Source of the DNA: Candidatus Poribacteria bacterium
GTDB taxonomy: Bacteria; Poribacteria; WGA-4E; PCPOR2b
Length of the DNA stretch: 64,000 nucleotides
Direction of reading: 5' to 3'
Assembly (NCBI GenBank): GCA_965215015.1
Contig: OZ244042.1
Location: 5,568,001-5,632,000 of the forward strand
The position numbers and the translations under genes are program-made. Positions 1-9,812 of the stretch are shown here, in pieces. The notes beneath the pieces were generated by a model that had not been told where the DNA came from, made no database searches, and saw nothing but the letters and a program-made list of their open reading frames with translations. Each line of letters opens with the position of its first letter. The first letter of the stretch is position 1.

Positions 1-1
1 C

Positions 2-1237
2 CGCCTGCGTGGCGTCTATAAATTCCCACATCTAAAGGTTGATGCGTATGGCGTCTACACAAACAAGTCTGGCACCGCCGCCTATCGCGCGCCGGGAACA
101 CCGCAAGTGGCGTTTGCTGGCGAATCTCAGCTTGACAAGATAGCCCGTAAACTCAACCTAGATCCGGTTGAATTTCGCCTCAAAAATATGCGGGCCGAGG
201 GTGATCCGGTGCCTGCGGGCCCGAAAGAGCCCAAAGTCGGTTACAAAGAAACCCTGCAAGCGGTCGCGGATGCGGTGGATTGGAAGAATCGCACGAAGGG
301 ACCGAACCAAGGTTGGGGCGTAGCAATCGGTGATTGGACAAATGGTTGTGGGCCGGGCGGGATGTTCGTCTCTATCCACGAAGATGGAAGCGCGCGAATC
401 TTCCACGGTTCGATAGACATCACCGGCACAGATACCGCCCTCGCCCAAATTGTCGCCGAGATTTTGACGCTTCCCTATGAGGAAGTTACAATCTCACGGG
501 GCGACACCGATTCAGCACCCTATGCCACCGGCTCCGGTGGCAGTGTTGTCACCTTCACAATGGGCAATACCGCCAAGCTCGCTGCAGAGGATACACGAAA
601 ACGCCTCCTTGAGCTCGCCGCCGAACGGTTAAACACCGAGGTTGAATCCCTTGAACTCAAAGATGGAAAGGTTTCAACTATCGTGGGCGATCCACCGAAG
701 TCAATTGGGTTCGGCGAATTGGCTGCATACAGTCTCTCAACAACGGGTGGTCCTATCGTCGGTAAAGGTTCCTTTGCACGAAAACCTTCAACACCCGCCC
801 TTGCAGCACAAATCGCTAAGGTCGAGATTGATCCAGAGACCGGCAGAATCAAGGTGCTAAAAATGGCGTCCTCACAGGATGTCGGCTTTGCCATTAACCC
901 GATGGCAGTCGAAGGTCAGATTGAGGGCGGCACGGTGCAAGGCTACGCTTGGGCGACTATGGAGGAGATGCAGTATGATGAGAAGGGCAACGTGAATCCG
1001 GGCTTCGTCGATTATCGTGTGCCGACCTCCGCGGATCTTCCCACCGTTGAGTCCGTTATTGTTGAAGTGGAGGCACCCGATGGGCCATTCGGCGCGAAGG
1101 GGGTCGGTGAACCGCCAATCACCCCAACGTTGGCAACCATGGCAAATGCTGTCACCGACGCGGTTGGTATCCGGATTACTGAACTTCCAATGAAACCGGA
1201 GAAGGTTGTCGCTGCGTTGCATGACAACGGGCAGTAG
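2..1237 (+). CDS. Xanthine dehydrogenase/CoxL-family molybdopterin-binding subunit (5' truncated by window edge)
   Basis: Frame is open from base 2 (…AYRAPGTPQVAF…); motifs VEGQIEGG and GAKGVGEPP typical of molybdenum hydroxylase large subunits. Confidence 0.9.
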   Translation, partial: RLRGVYKFPHLKVDAYGVYTNKSGTAAYRAPGTPQVAFAGESQLDKIARKLNLDPVEFRLKNMRAEGDPVPAGPKEPKVGYKETLQAVADAVDWKNRTKGPNQGWGVAIGDWTNGCGPGGMFVSIHEDGSARIFHGSIDITGTDTALAQIVAEILTLPYEEVTISRGDTDSAPYATGSGGSVVTFTMGNTAKLAAEDTRKRLLELAAERLNTEVESLELKDGKVSTIVGDPPKSIGFGELAAYSLSTTGGPIVGKGSFARKPSTPALAAQIAKVEIDPETGRIKVLKMASSQDVGFAINPMAVEGQIEGGTVQGYAWATMEEMQYDEKGNVNPGFVDYRVPTSADLPTVESVIVEVEAPDGPFGAKGVGEPPITPTLATMANAVTDAVGIRITELPMKPEKVVAALHDNGQ

Positions 1238-1252
1238 AAACAGAAACGATTC

Positions 1253-1296
1253 ACCGGTAGGGGCTCGGCATGGCCAGTCTCTACCGGTTTTTTTTT
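1253..1296 (+). terminator. Rho-independent terminator
   Basis: ACCGGTAGGGGCT…AGTCTCTACCGGT stem followed by a T run, 15 nt after the stop codon. Confidence 0.8.
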
Positions 1297-1320
1297 GGGC
1301 ATTCATTTCCTTTGGGGAAT

Positions 1321-1652
1321 GCAGATTTGCGTCCTCTACCCGCCGAAACTACCTTGCTCGCAACCTACCCCAATCCATTTAACCCGGAAACTTGAATTCC
1401 CTATCACCTTGCCCATGCTGCCAATGTAATGCTTACAATTTACAATACAAAAAGCGTGGTGGCCAGTTAGAGCTTGGGCATCAGATGGCAGGCTATTATA
1501 CAGATTGGATCAAGGCGGCGTATTGGAATGGACCCAGCAACTTAGGAGTGGGAAGGGGTGTCTATTTCTATCAGTTGCTGATTGAAAACTGTCAGTCGGA
1601 AACTGGAGCGGAGAGTTCCTCTGCCACACAAAAAATGGTCATCCTAAAGTAG
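1321..1652 (+). pseudogene. Remnant of a FlgD-Ig/T9SS-like C-terminal domain
   Basis: Reads PAETTLLATYPNPFNPET*IPYHL (TGG to TGA at 1393-1395), then frameshifts into QLELGHQMAG…AAYWNG…GVYFYQL…ATQKMVILK; matches the intact C-terminus of the 59820 ORF. Confidence 0.85.
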
Positions 1653-1675
1653 GGAGATAGTTGGGCATTTATCCT

Positions 1676-3703
1676 TTAGTAGGATTGTTCGTCACGTAAC
1701 ACACGGCGCATAATTTTGTTGGAAGCGGTTCGGGGCAGGGCCTCGACAACGATAACATCGTGAATCCGAAAGAGCGGATTGAGATGATTTCGGATCGCTG
1801 ACTGTAGGGAAGCGGTCAGCGAACCGGTATCGGCTCCCGGCAAAAGTACGGCATAAATGACCAGCTGGCTGGGACCGCTGTCAGGCGGAGATACGGCAAT
1901 CGCTGCGACTTCTCGAATGCCGCTCACGGAATTGAGGACTCCCTCAATCTCCGTCGAACTGACTTTGATGCCGCCGAGATTCATTGTGTCATCCACGCGC
2001 CCGTGGATACGGTAGTAACCGTCAGCCAACCGTTCCACCCCATCCCCATGACGACGGAGAAGTACCCCCTTCGGGGTTTGGGGAGTTCCCTCAAAATATA
2101 CTTCGTGGTGGTCTTTATTTAATAACTCGGTAGAAAGTCCAATGGAAGGCGGTATCACAAAAACCTCTCCGTTGTTGCTCGATTGACCCTCCTCATCGCA
2201 GATGGCTATATCCAGTCCCAAGGCGGGTGTTGTAAACGTCGCCGGGGCGGCAGGTTGAACAGTTGTGCCGGTGAGATAACCACCGCCTATCTCGGTGCCG
2301 CCGCAATACTCGATAATCGGACGATATCCCGCCAAGGACATCAGAAACAGCATATCTTCCGAGTTAGAACACTCACCTGTGGAGCTGAAGGCTTTGATCG
2401 CGTGCCAATCAAGCCCTTTCATACAGGCCGTGTTTTTCCAACCTCTCACCAGACTTGGCACGACGCCGAGCATTGTAACGCGAGCGTTCTGCACAAACTC
2501 GCCAAATTCCCTTTCCGTCGGGGCACCATCGTATAACGCAATCGTCGCCTGATTGATTAAACTAGCGTAGATGAGCCAGGGCCCCATCATCCATCCAAGG
2601 TTTGTGGGCCAAGCCAGCACGTCTCCCTGCTGAATATCGTGATGCAGGCACGCATCCGCGGCACATTTAATGGGCGTAGTTTGCGTCCACGGAATCGCTT
2701 TGGGTTCTCCCGTTGTGCCCGAAGAAAACAGAATATTCGTGTGGTCATGTGGATCACAGCCAATTGCATCAAACCGATCGCTATCGCTGAGAAACTCTTC
2801 CCAAGTCAAATCGCCGTTTCGCAATTTAATCGGAGAGTCCTCTCCACGGCAGAGCACAATCGCTTTTGGTGCTTTCGCATCAACGACCTTCGCATATAAC
2901 GGCAACTGTCTCCCAGCGCGGCGGATATAGTCCTGAGTGAAAATCCCTTTCGCATTCGTGATGTGCAGACGCGTCTGAATCTCATCCGGCGCGAAACTAT
3001 CGGCGATCGAAATCACGGCACCACCTGCTTTGATGATGCCCAGATAGATGGGGACCGATTCAGCGTGCATCGGCATATTAATAGCGATAGCATCGCCCTG
3101 CTGGAAACCGGCATCCGCCAATCCATTGGCAACCCGATCAGTAAGTGCCTTGAGCTCACCGTAAGTCATTGTTGAAAGCGTCAAACCTTCTGACTGAAAC
3201 ACAATCGCGGTGGCATCACTTGGCGCATTAAAACAGCTCTCGACGATGTTAAGCTGTGCTTCCACGAGCCACTTAGGAAACTCAATTCCCTTAGACAGAT
3301 CAACTACCTCGCTGAATTCCTGACGGAATTGAATCCCAAGCCGCTCAATCATCAACTTCCAAAAATCGGATCGATGGTGTGTCGACCATGAATGGAGAGC
3401 CTCGTAAGAATCGAGATTGAGTTCTCTCATCACCGCCGCAATGTTTGTTTTTTGAACCTCAGCTTCAGCCGGAAACCAGGCGGGGGCAGCCACGCCCCCC
3501 CAGTTGGCAAAAACGGTATCGTAGAGGAGCTGATGAAGCGCGAATGGATGGTCAGGGGTTAAAATGGTTTGCGAGATTTCTACCCAACAGGCTGCGGCTG
3601 GGAGTGATGCAAGTAATGGATTGATACGCTTTAGCAGGTGCTCCGATGTCAGTTGGTCCAATCCACATTCGGTGAGGTTTTCACGCGTCAATTGCTTTGC
3701 CAT
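1676..3703 (-). CDS. Acyl/acetyl-CoA synthetase (AMP-binding enzyme, AAE17/18-like)
   Basis: ILFSSGTTGEPK, YCGGTEIGG, GRVDD and LPRTASNK motifs; GGAGG RBS upstream of the ATG at 3703. Confidence 0.9.
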   Translation of the reverse strand: MAKQLTRENLTECGLDQLTSEHLLKRINPLLASLPAAACWVEISQTILTPDHPFALHQLLYDTVFANWGGVAAPAWFPAEAEVQKTNIAAVMRELNLDSYEALHSWSTHHRSDFWKLMIERLGIQFRQEFSEVVDLSKGIEFPKWLVEAQLNIVESCFNAPSDATAIVFQSEGLTLSTMTYGELKALTDRVANGLADAGFQQGDAIAINMPMHAESVPIYLGIIKAGGAVISIADSFAPDEIQTRLHITNAKGIFTQDYIRRAGRQLPLYAKVVDAKAPKAIVLCRGEDSPIKLRNGDLTWEEFLSDSDRFDAIGCDPHDHTNILFSSGTTGEPKAIPWTQTTPIKCAADACLHHDIQQGDVLAWPTNLGWMMGPWLIYASLINQATIALYDGAPTEREFGEFVQNARVTMLGVVPSLVRGWKNTACMKGLDWHAIKAFSSTGECSNSEDMLFLMSLAGYRPIIEYCGGTEIGGGYLTGTTVQPAAPATFTTPALGLDIAICDEEGQSSNNGEVFVIPPSIGLSTELLNKDHHEVYFEGTPQTPKGVLLRRHGDGVERLADGYYRIHGRVDDTMNLGGIKVSSTEIEGVLNSVSGIREVAAIAVSPPDSGPSQLVIYAVLLPGADTGSLTASLQSAIRNHLNPLFRIHDVIVVEALPRTASNKIMRRVLRDEQSY

Positions 3704-3811
3704 TAAAGGTGACCTCCTGTAAATCGCTAACGCCAACATTTTAGCAGAAAGTCGAGGTGAAAGCAACAAAATGCCGAAAACTAAATGCCCTACCCTGCCT
3801 TTTGAATCGTC

Positions 3812-3840
3812 TTGACAGCATTTCTACAACCAAGTAAAAT
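3812..3840 (+). promoter_or_regulatory. Sigma70-type promoter of the PglZ-domain gene
   Basis: TTGACA-17 nt-TAAAAT. Confidence 0.6.
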
Positions 3841-3893
3841 ATGCAAAGTGTATCTTGGCTTTTGCACAATTCCCACCGAGGCGTATCGGAATC

Positions 3894-6305
3894 ATGCTCA
3901 CTGACAGATCAGAAGATTGGGTTGACAGTTCTTGGATTGGAAACTATTTGACAGATTCAGTCCCTACCGCGGGTCCCTGGCTCTTCATCCATGATACGTC
4001 GTGTATCTTCCCAACGCTTCATGTTTTAAAATTCTCCAACCGCGAATACGAAGTCATCTTTTTCGAGGGCGACCTGCGGATACGGCAGAGTTTGGAGCGT
4101 TACAAAGATAACCCGGAGGCGTTTGCTGCGTGTATTGTCTCTTGCCAACGGCATGAGATAAATCTGCAAATTCTTGACTACATTGTGCGGAGTCAATCTG
4201 TTGAGGTAACGCCGCAATCAATTCTAGAATTTGCCCAGCCGGGGTACAGTTGGCCCCATTCAGTCAACCAATTGTGCGGCGATGATTTTTGGACGCTTTT
4301 TGAACGGCTTCAAGCATACCGCCTAAACTATCCCCGCTCTATGACGCCCGCTGAAGCAACGAACCTTCTGCTTTCGACTCAACTGGATATCGATTTGCGA
4401 GCCAACCTATCGGTCCGGGAAGCCATAGAGATATGGCAGCAGATGGAAAGAGATACAGATTTAATTGGGTGGGGAGAGAAATATCCTCGATTGTTTCAAT
4501 CGTTAAATCTCAAGGTTCGTGCCGCACTGCCTCTGATGGACAAGCTGGAGGGTGATGCAGATTTTGTTCATTTTCTCTGGACTTCGTACTCATTGGCGCA
4601 GCATAATAAGGATTACGACCTCTTCCTTCCTGAAATCTTCGGAAATACGATTTGGAAGAAGTATGGGAATACCCCACCGGAGGAGATATGGAACGCTTGT
4701 CCTCAACTGATCCGAAGTGATCCGGAACGGGTCATGGACCAGATTAGGCAGACAGAAATCTGGTTGACCCAAGACCAACAGCGGCTTGAACTCTTCCAGC
4801 GGTGGGTAGGGGTTGATGCTTCCAATCTAAGCAAAACGGTGGAATATCTAAAAAAAGAGATTCTTTTTTGCGTTCCGGTGCATGAAGCCTTGCGCCTGCT
4901 TGCTGCACGGTTCTGTCGTTTTCCTGAATCGTTGGATGCGGTTGACATACACGAAATTATTGAAAACATTCAGCGACGCCATCTGTTTAAGGGGAATACC
5001 GCAAACTATCTGCGTATTAAAGATACGTTCCGGACATTTGCCGATCTGGTTGCGTTGAATCAGTTAATCGCAAAGGTAGAACGCAAGAGTTGGTTAGTTG
5101 AGGAAGATCGGAAGGGAACACAAAATCAGGTTGCTTTAAATCCCGATGAAATCAGGGATGTAGAGGACTGGGGGGAAAATGTGTATCCGGCACACCTCTC
5201 AAAGCTGGAGTTGATGGCGGCCGAGCTGGAACAACTGAACCTCCAGTGTGATTTTTTGCCTAATCCTGTGATTGATCAGATTTTAGGGCGCGTCAAGGGA
5301 TTGATAGATGAATATAACATAAAATTCGCCCAACGGATTGCAACCGCCTTCCCTGTGTGGACAGCCTCAAATAGAGATCAGCCGCTGCTGACTGTCGACT
5401 TCTTGGAGCTGCTTTTTTTGCCCCGTTATCAGCAATACCTCAGCGACAGGTCCCAGTCCGCTTACATCTTCATGTTCGATGGGATGAGGTGGGATACTTG
5501 GGAGACAATCAAACCGAAGGTATTGGGTACGTTTCAAGGACGACTTGCCCTCGACGGTGTTTTTCCGTTGGTTTCGCTTTTGCCTTCGACGACGGGACAT
5601 AACAAATACGCCATTTTTACGGGAGAGCTTCCGAGCGAGGAGGCGGACAACGATTGGCAGAGTGGGCTGGTATCTGCTTTTCAAAAACATGGTATCTATG
5701 GCGCACGATGGATAAGCGCCAGCGGAAACAATCAGGCGGAGATCCTTGCTCTCATTGAGGCAGATGATGTTCCTGTCAAGGTTTTCAATTTTACGTTCAT
5801 TGATCAGAAACTTCAGCAGGGGACGCAAAACCTGTCCACGGTTTATGAGGAGATTAAGGTCAACTTTGACCTCTTGGTCCAGCCGTATCTTGATCGAATT
5901 CCGAGTGATTCACTTATATTCCTGGTTTCCGATCGCGGTTTTATTGAATCTACAGAGTATCAGGAGCTTTCGGCGGACGCCTTTCAAATGCCCTCTGGCA
6001 CCTTGCACCATCAACGCTACCTTGGCTTATCAAGTCCCCCTCCCCGGACAAATTTAGCGGATTTTGTCTTTTTCAGTGCGAACCAAATCGGCTTACAACC
6101 TACCGAGGATACATCGCATTATGGGTTTGCGACGGGACGTACGCAGATCCTGCCTTCTACCGATATGCAACCCCAAAACCGCTTTGTGCCGCTTGAACGG
6201 TCCCGTTATGTGCACGGTGGCATCTCCATACAGGAGATGATTATACCGTGTGTGGTTTTTGTACCGACAGCAAAAGGGCAGTTGGAAATCTTCCTACCAC
6301 AATGA
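3894..6305 (+). CDS. PglZ-domain protein (alkaline phosphatase superfamily), no other BREX genes adjacent
   Basis: C-terminal FMFDGMRWD, LLPSTT, FLVSDRGF and YVHGGISIQEMIIP motifs resemble PglZ/BrxZ. Confidence 0.75.
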   Translation: MLTDRSEDWVDSSWIGNYLTDSVPTAGPWLFIHDTSCIFPTLHVLKFSNREYEVIFFEGDLRIRQSLERYKDNPEAFAACIVSCQRHEINLQILDYIVRSQSVEVTPQSILEFAQPGYSWPHSVNQLCGDDFWTLFERLQAYRLNYPRSMTPAEATNLLLSTQLDIDLRANLSVREAIEIWQQMERDTDLIGWGEKYPRLFQSLNLKVRAALPLMDKLEGDADFVHFLWTSYSLAQHNKDYDLFLPEIFGNTIWKKYGNTPPEEIWNACPQLIRSDPERVMDQIRQTEIWLTQDQQRLELFQRWVGVDASNLSKTVEYLKKEILFCVPVHEALRLLAARFCRFPESLDAVDIHEIIENIQRRHLFKGNTANYLRIKDTFRTFADLVALNQLIAKVERKSWLVEEDRKGTQNQVALNPDEIRDVEDWGENVYPAHLSKLELMAAELEQLNLQCDFLPNPVIDQILGRVKGLIDEYNIKFAQRIATAFPVWTASNRDQPLLTVDFLELLFLPRYQQYLSDRSQSAYIFMFDGMRWDTWETIKPKVLGTFQGRLALDGVFPLVSLLPSTTGHNKYAIFTGELPSEEADNDWQSGLVSAFQKHGIYGARWISASGNNQAEILALIEADDVPVKVFNFTFIDQKLQQGTQNLSTVYEEIKVNFDLLVQPYLDRIPSDSLIFLVSDRGFIESTEYQELSADAFQMPSGTLHHQRYLGLSSPPPRTNLADFVFFSANQIGLQPTEDTSHYGFATGRTQILPSTDMQPQNRFVPLERSRYVHGGISIQEMIIPCVVFVPTAKGQLEIFLPQ

Positions 6306-6333
6306 ACACGATGCGCTCATGGAGGATATGAAT

Positions 6334-7500
6334 ATGGACATCTTAAGTATTTGGGCATACATTTGGGATGTTATTGATGAAGACATTGATTCTCTCATTT
6401 CGACCCTCAAGAACGAAATTGGCTTGAACACACTGGGTGTTGCGACATGTTATCATAGCGTCGATCACTTGCGCCTTCATCGTTTGGAGAACAACTTTTA
6501 TAGTTCGCAGGCGGCGATCTATTTTCAACCGGATCGATCTCTGTATAGAAACACCCGAATTGAACCGCCTGTGTCGCCACTGGCGGAAAAAATCAACCCG
6601 CTGCGGAGCATCTCCGACGGGTGTGAGCGGCACAGCATGAAACTCTCATCATGGACGGTGTGCCTTCACAATTCAACGATTGGACGAAATCATCCAGAGG
6701 TGGCGCAGCGTGATATCTTTGGCAATCCGTGCTGGCATGCCCTCTGTCCTGCAAATGAAGATGTACGCGAGTATATGCGGGCACTTGTGACGGACTTGAC
6801 GACAAACTACAATTTCGCCACCGTCGAGTTGGAGTCATGTGATTATCAAGGGGGGCGTCATCACCACGGGCATGAGAAGATTGGCATCCCCCTCGGAGAA
6901 ACAGATCGCCTCCTGCTTGGGCTATGCTTCTGCGGAAGTTGTCGCAAGCGTGGAAGGGCGGAAGGGATTGATGTTACCGCTCTTGCAAACGGCGTGAGAT
7001 CGGAGTTGGCAGCCAGTTTTGAGTCCGGGAATCCGATCCAGATTGGGTTTGATGAATTTTGTGATAAAGTCCCTGAAACACCTGCATATCTCAAAATGCG
7101 CGAATCCACTGTCAGTTCGCTCATTGCAGAGATTAAATCCGTTTCCAAAGCCTCAATTTCATCAATGGCGATGGGAGATCGGCGATATTCGGGTCTCAAC
7201 ACGGACCGGGTCCGGGACATTGCCGATTGGTTCGAGATTCTGTGCTACACACCGTCAAGGGAGAGCGTTGAAACGTCTGTAGAAAACGCCACAGCGTTGA
7301 TGAACGGAGAGGTGGATCGGGTCTGGGTTGGCGTCTGTGCATATCCGCCAGCAAGCCCAAACGCCGAGACACTTGCCGCAAATGTCAAAGCGGTAGCAGG
7401 ACTCGGCGTCCGTGCGGTATCTTTCTACAACTACGGGATTATGCCCAAACGTAACCTGCAATGGGTCAAGGCTGCAATTGAAAGCATTGAGCGATTATAG
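6334..7500 (+). CDS. Putative TIM-barrel glycoside-hydrolase-like protein
   Basis: Long ORF with GGAGG RBS; HALCPAN, VELES, CFCGSC and FYNYG motifs resemble uncharacterised GH-like barrels. Confidence 0.55.
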   Translation: MDILSIWAYIWDVIDEDIDSLISTLKNEIGLNTLGVATCYHSVDHLRLHRLENNFYSSQAAIYFQPDRSLYRNTRIEPPVSPLAEKINPLRSISDGCERHSMKLSSWTVCLHNSTIGRNHPEVAQRDIFGNPCWHALCPANEDVREYMRALVTDLTTNYNFATVELESCDYQGGRHHHGHEKIGIPLGETDRLLLGLCFCGSCRKRGRAEGIDVTALANGVRSELAASFESGNPIQIGFDEFCDKVPETPAYLKMRESTVSSLIAEIKSVSKASISSMAMGDRRYSGLNTDRVRDIADWFEILCYTPSRESVETSVENATALMNGEVDRVWVGVCAYPPASPNAETLAANVKAVAGLGVRAVSFYNYGIMPKRNLQWVKAAIESIERL

Positions 7501-7527
7501 TTGTCACATTTTACAGGAGGTTACCGT

Positions 7528-8277
7528 ATGAGATTTGAGGGAAGAGTTGCGCTAGTGACGGGTGCCAGTCGTGGCATTGGCAGGGCAACGGCGATAAAGC
7601 TAGCCAGCGAGGGTGCCGATGTTGCGGTGCATTATGTGAGATCGGCGAAGCCGGCAGAAGTGGTTTGCGAGGAGGTCCATGCGCTTGGACGACGTGCAAT
7701 TGCCCTTCAGGCTGACATTGCAGACCGTGCCGCGGTCAACGAAATGGTCGCACAGTCTACAGCGGCACTCGGTTCCATCGAGCTACTTGTGAATAACGCC
7801 GGCGATGTCGGCAATATGGATTTTGATCAACTTACGCCCGAACACTGGGATCAGATTATTGGAATTAATTTGACGGGCCCCTTCAACGTCATCTGGGCGG
7901 TTAAGGACGGGATGGTGCAGCAGCAGTTTGGGCGGATTGTCAATGTCTCATCAATCGCGGCGTTGGCTCCGCGCCCCAATCAGTTCGCCTATGCAGCGGC
8001 AAAAGCAGGTGTAATCTCCTTCACAAAGTCTGCCTGCGACCCATTAGCCTCGCATAACATCCGGATAAACTCACTTGCCCCCGGTGCCATAGATACGGAT
8101 ATGATTCACGAGATCTCGCCGGAGATGCTTGAACATCTGCGTTCAACCACGCCGCTGCAACGTTTGGGTACGCCCGAAGAGATGGCAAATGTCATCGCGT
8201 TCCTGCTCAGCGAAGACGCCAGTTATATGACCGGCGCGACCATCATCGCTAGCGGGGGACGGGTGCTGTTCCCGTAA
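7528..8277 (+). CDS. SDR family oxidoreductase (FabG-like)
   Basis: TGASRGIG, NNAG and YAAAK motifs; AGGAGG RBS. Confidence 0.92.
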   Translation: MRFEGRVALVTGASRGIGRATAIKLASEGADVAVHYVRSAKPAEVVCEEVHALGRRAIALQADIADRAAVNEMVAQSTAALGSIELLVNNAGDVGNMDFDQLTPEHWDQIIGINLTGPFNVIWAVKDGMVQQQFGRIVNVSSIAALAPRPNQFAYAAAKAGVISFTKSACDPLASHNIRINSLAPGAIDTDMIHEISPEMLEHLRSTTPLQRLGTPEEMANVIAFLLSEDASYMTGATIIASGGRVLFP

Positions 8278-8357
8278 AGTATGGATCAATTCCGCATAGT
8301 TAGGTTCTGTTGACAATTGGCTTATAGATAGATGGAGTGAAACCCAACGCCACCCCC

Positions 8358-8424
8358 GTAGGTCGGGCATCTTGCCCGGTCCAATACCGGCGGGTAGCCT
8401 GTAGGTCGAGATTCATATCTCGAC
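8358..8424. repeat. Pair of GTAG-type REP palindromes between convergent genes
   Basis: GTAGGTCGGGCATCTTGCCCGGTCC and GTAGGTCGAGATTCATATCTCGAC; related copies at ~49070, ~49250 and ~59700. Confidence 0.65.
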
Positions 8425-8447
8425 ACCCAAATGTTAACATGCTCTAG

Positions 8448-9638
8448 TTACCAGCTAGCGATGAAACCTTCAACATCAAAATTGCCGGGTTCCTCTTCAA
8501 AAAAGTATCGCATCGGTCCAGACTGGAAGCCGGGAACGAAAAGCTCTTCTTCCGCTTGGAGCTTGGAATCGAGGACCTCGAACCGTTGCCAGAGGAGGTC
8601 TGCCTCCTCCTTTGAAAAACGGTCAGCGAATTGTGGGCCCCAGTTGATGCTTATCGAGTGCGGACTGGAGGCGCGTCTACGAACCTCCGGCGGCAGCTTG
8701 TCTAAGTCAGGACTTTTCAATATATGAATGTGATAGGCTGCCTTGGAGAGGTATATAGCTAGCACCATTTTACCCTTCTCGCCTGCACCGGGCTGGAGTG
8801 CTTTGACCGCTTCGCTGTATGCTTTGGCGTCCTTTTTCAGGATCGCCCCCAATGCTGCTTCCGTGAGGTCTTGCATCCGGTTGCTTGCCCGCGTCCAATC
8901 CTCAAAAGTCTGTCGTGCCATCGGGGAAAGAAACTGTGTAAAGTTTAAGTCTGGATAATACGGGAAAATCGTGTGGCCTCCGTGGATTGTTCGGCGCAGC
9001 TTGGTACTGTAGTTGCTGCCCCAATGCAGAATGTAGTTAGAATACACTACGCCATCACCACCTTTCAATTCGACAGGGATGCCGCCCGGCAAAGGAACAC
9101 GGGGATTCTTGAGTAGCTGGCGGTTTTCCTCTTCGGTGTTGAGGCGGCGGTGGCTACCGGGTACCACCCAAAGCACGTCATCGTCGTAGAGCGGAATGTT
9201 CCATTGGACATACTTGGGTCCGTTTTCTAAAAAATCCGCTTGCAGACTCGCCATAGGTGCCATATCGATGGGATGGACATCGCGATGCCAGTGGGCCGGG
9301 CCGTGATCGCGTTGTGGGCTGCACATCAACATCATCCCGGCAATTCCCGTTTGTTCGGGCACGCTCGACAGTTGACAAGCAACCCCCAAGGTATTGTCGT
9401 GCATCCATGTCTCAACAGCGTTGGCGGTTTCTTCGTCAATGAGGTTCTCGAAGTGTACCAGCCGTGGTTGTGCGCCGGTCTCCCACACACTCGGACTGCT
9501 TTCCTGTGCCCATATCTCCTTTTGACGTTCAACGAGCACTTCAAAGCTGGCACGTACATCGTCCAGTTGTTCTGAGGGAATAACCTCCCGTAGGATGATA
9601 TAACCGTCGTCTCGCAATTGTTGTGGATTGACCTTCAT
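8448..9638 (-). CDS. Phytanoyl-CoA dioxygenase (PhyH) family Fe(II)/2OG enzyme
   Basis: DDGYIIL start, WHRD, VVPGSH and distal His motifs. Confidence 0.85.
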   Translation of the reverse strand: MKVNPQQLRDDGYIILREVIPSEQLDDVRASFEVLVERQKEIWAQESSPSVWETGAQPRLVHFENLIDEETANAVETWMHDNTLGVACQLSSVPEQTGIAGMMLMCSPQRDHGPAHWHRDVHPIDMAPMASLQADFLENGPKYVQWNIPLYDDDVLWVVPGSHRRLNTEEENRQLLKNPRVPLPGGIPVELKGGDGVVYSNYILHWGSNYSTKLRRTIHGGHTIFPYYPDLNFTQFLSPMARQTFEDWTRASNRMQDLTEAALGAILKKDAKAYSEAVKALQPGAGEKGKMVLAIYLSKAAYHIHILKSPDLDKLPPEVRRRASSPHSISINWGPQFADRFSKEEADLLWQRFEVLDSKLQAEEELFVPGFQSGPMRYFFEEEPGNFDVEGFIASW

Positions 9639-9812
9639 CGCTTCTCTCCTGTTAAATAGGTCTTAACGGATAATAGAGTGGTGCTGCTAAGTCCCGATAC
9701 TTCATCGGCGGCAACCAGTCCTTAGTACTGTCGAGAATTGTTTATCGGCACCCGAAGAAAAAGAACCGATTATCCGCGGGTGCTCCTATTCCGTGCACAG
9801 GGGCAGGTCTCA

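Noticed and set aside
1393-1395. Genome-wide UGA reassignment to Trp or Gly
   Set aside because: Many intact genes (pyrR, carA, carB, aroA, aroQ) end in TGA at their expected C-termini, and this fragment also has a frameshift
3894-8277. Complete BREX system
   Set aside because: No brxC ATPase, pglX methylase or brxA/B/L; the neighbours are metabolic genes
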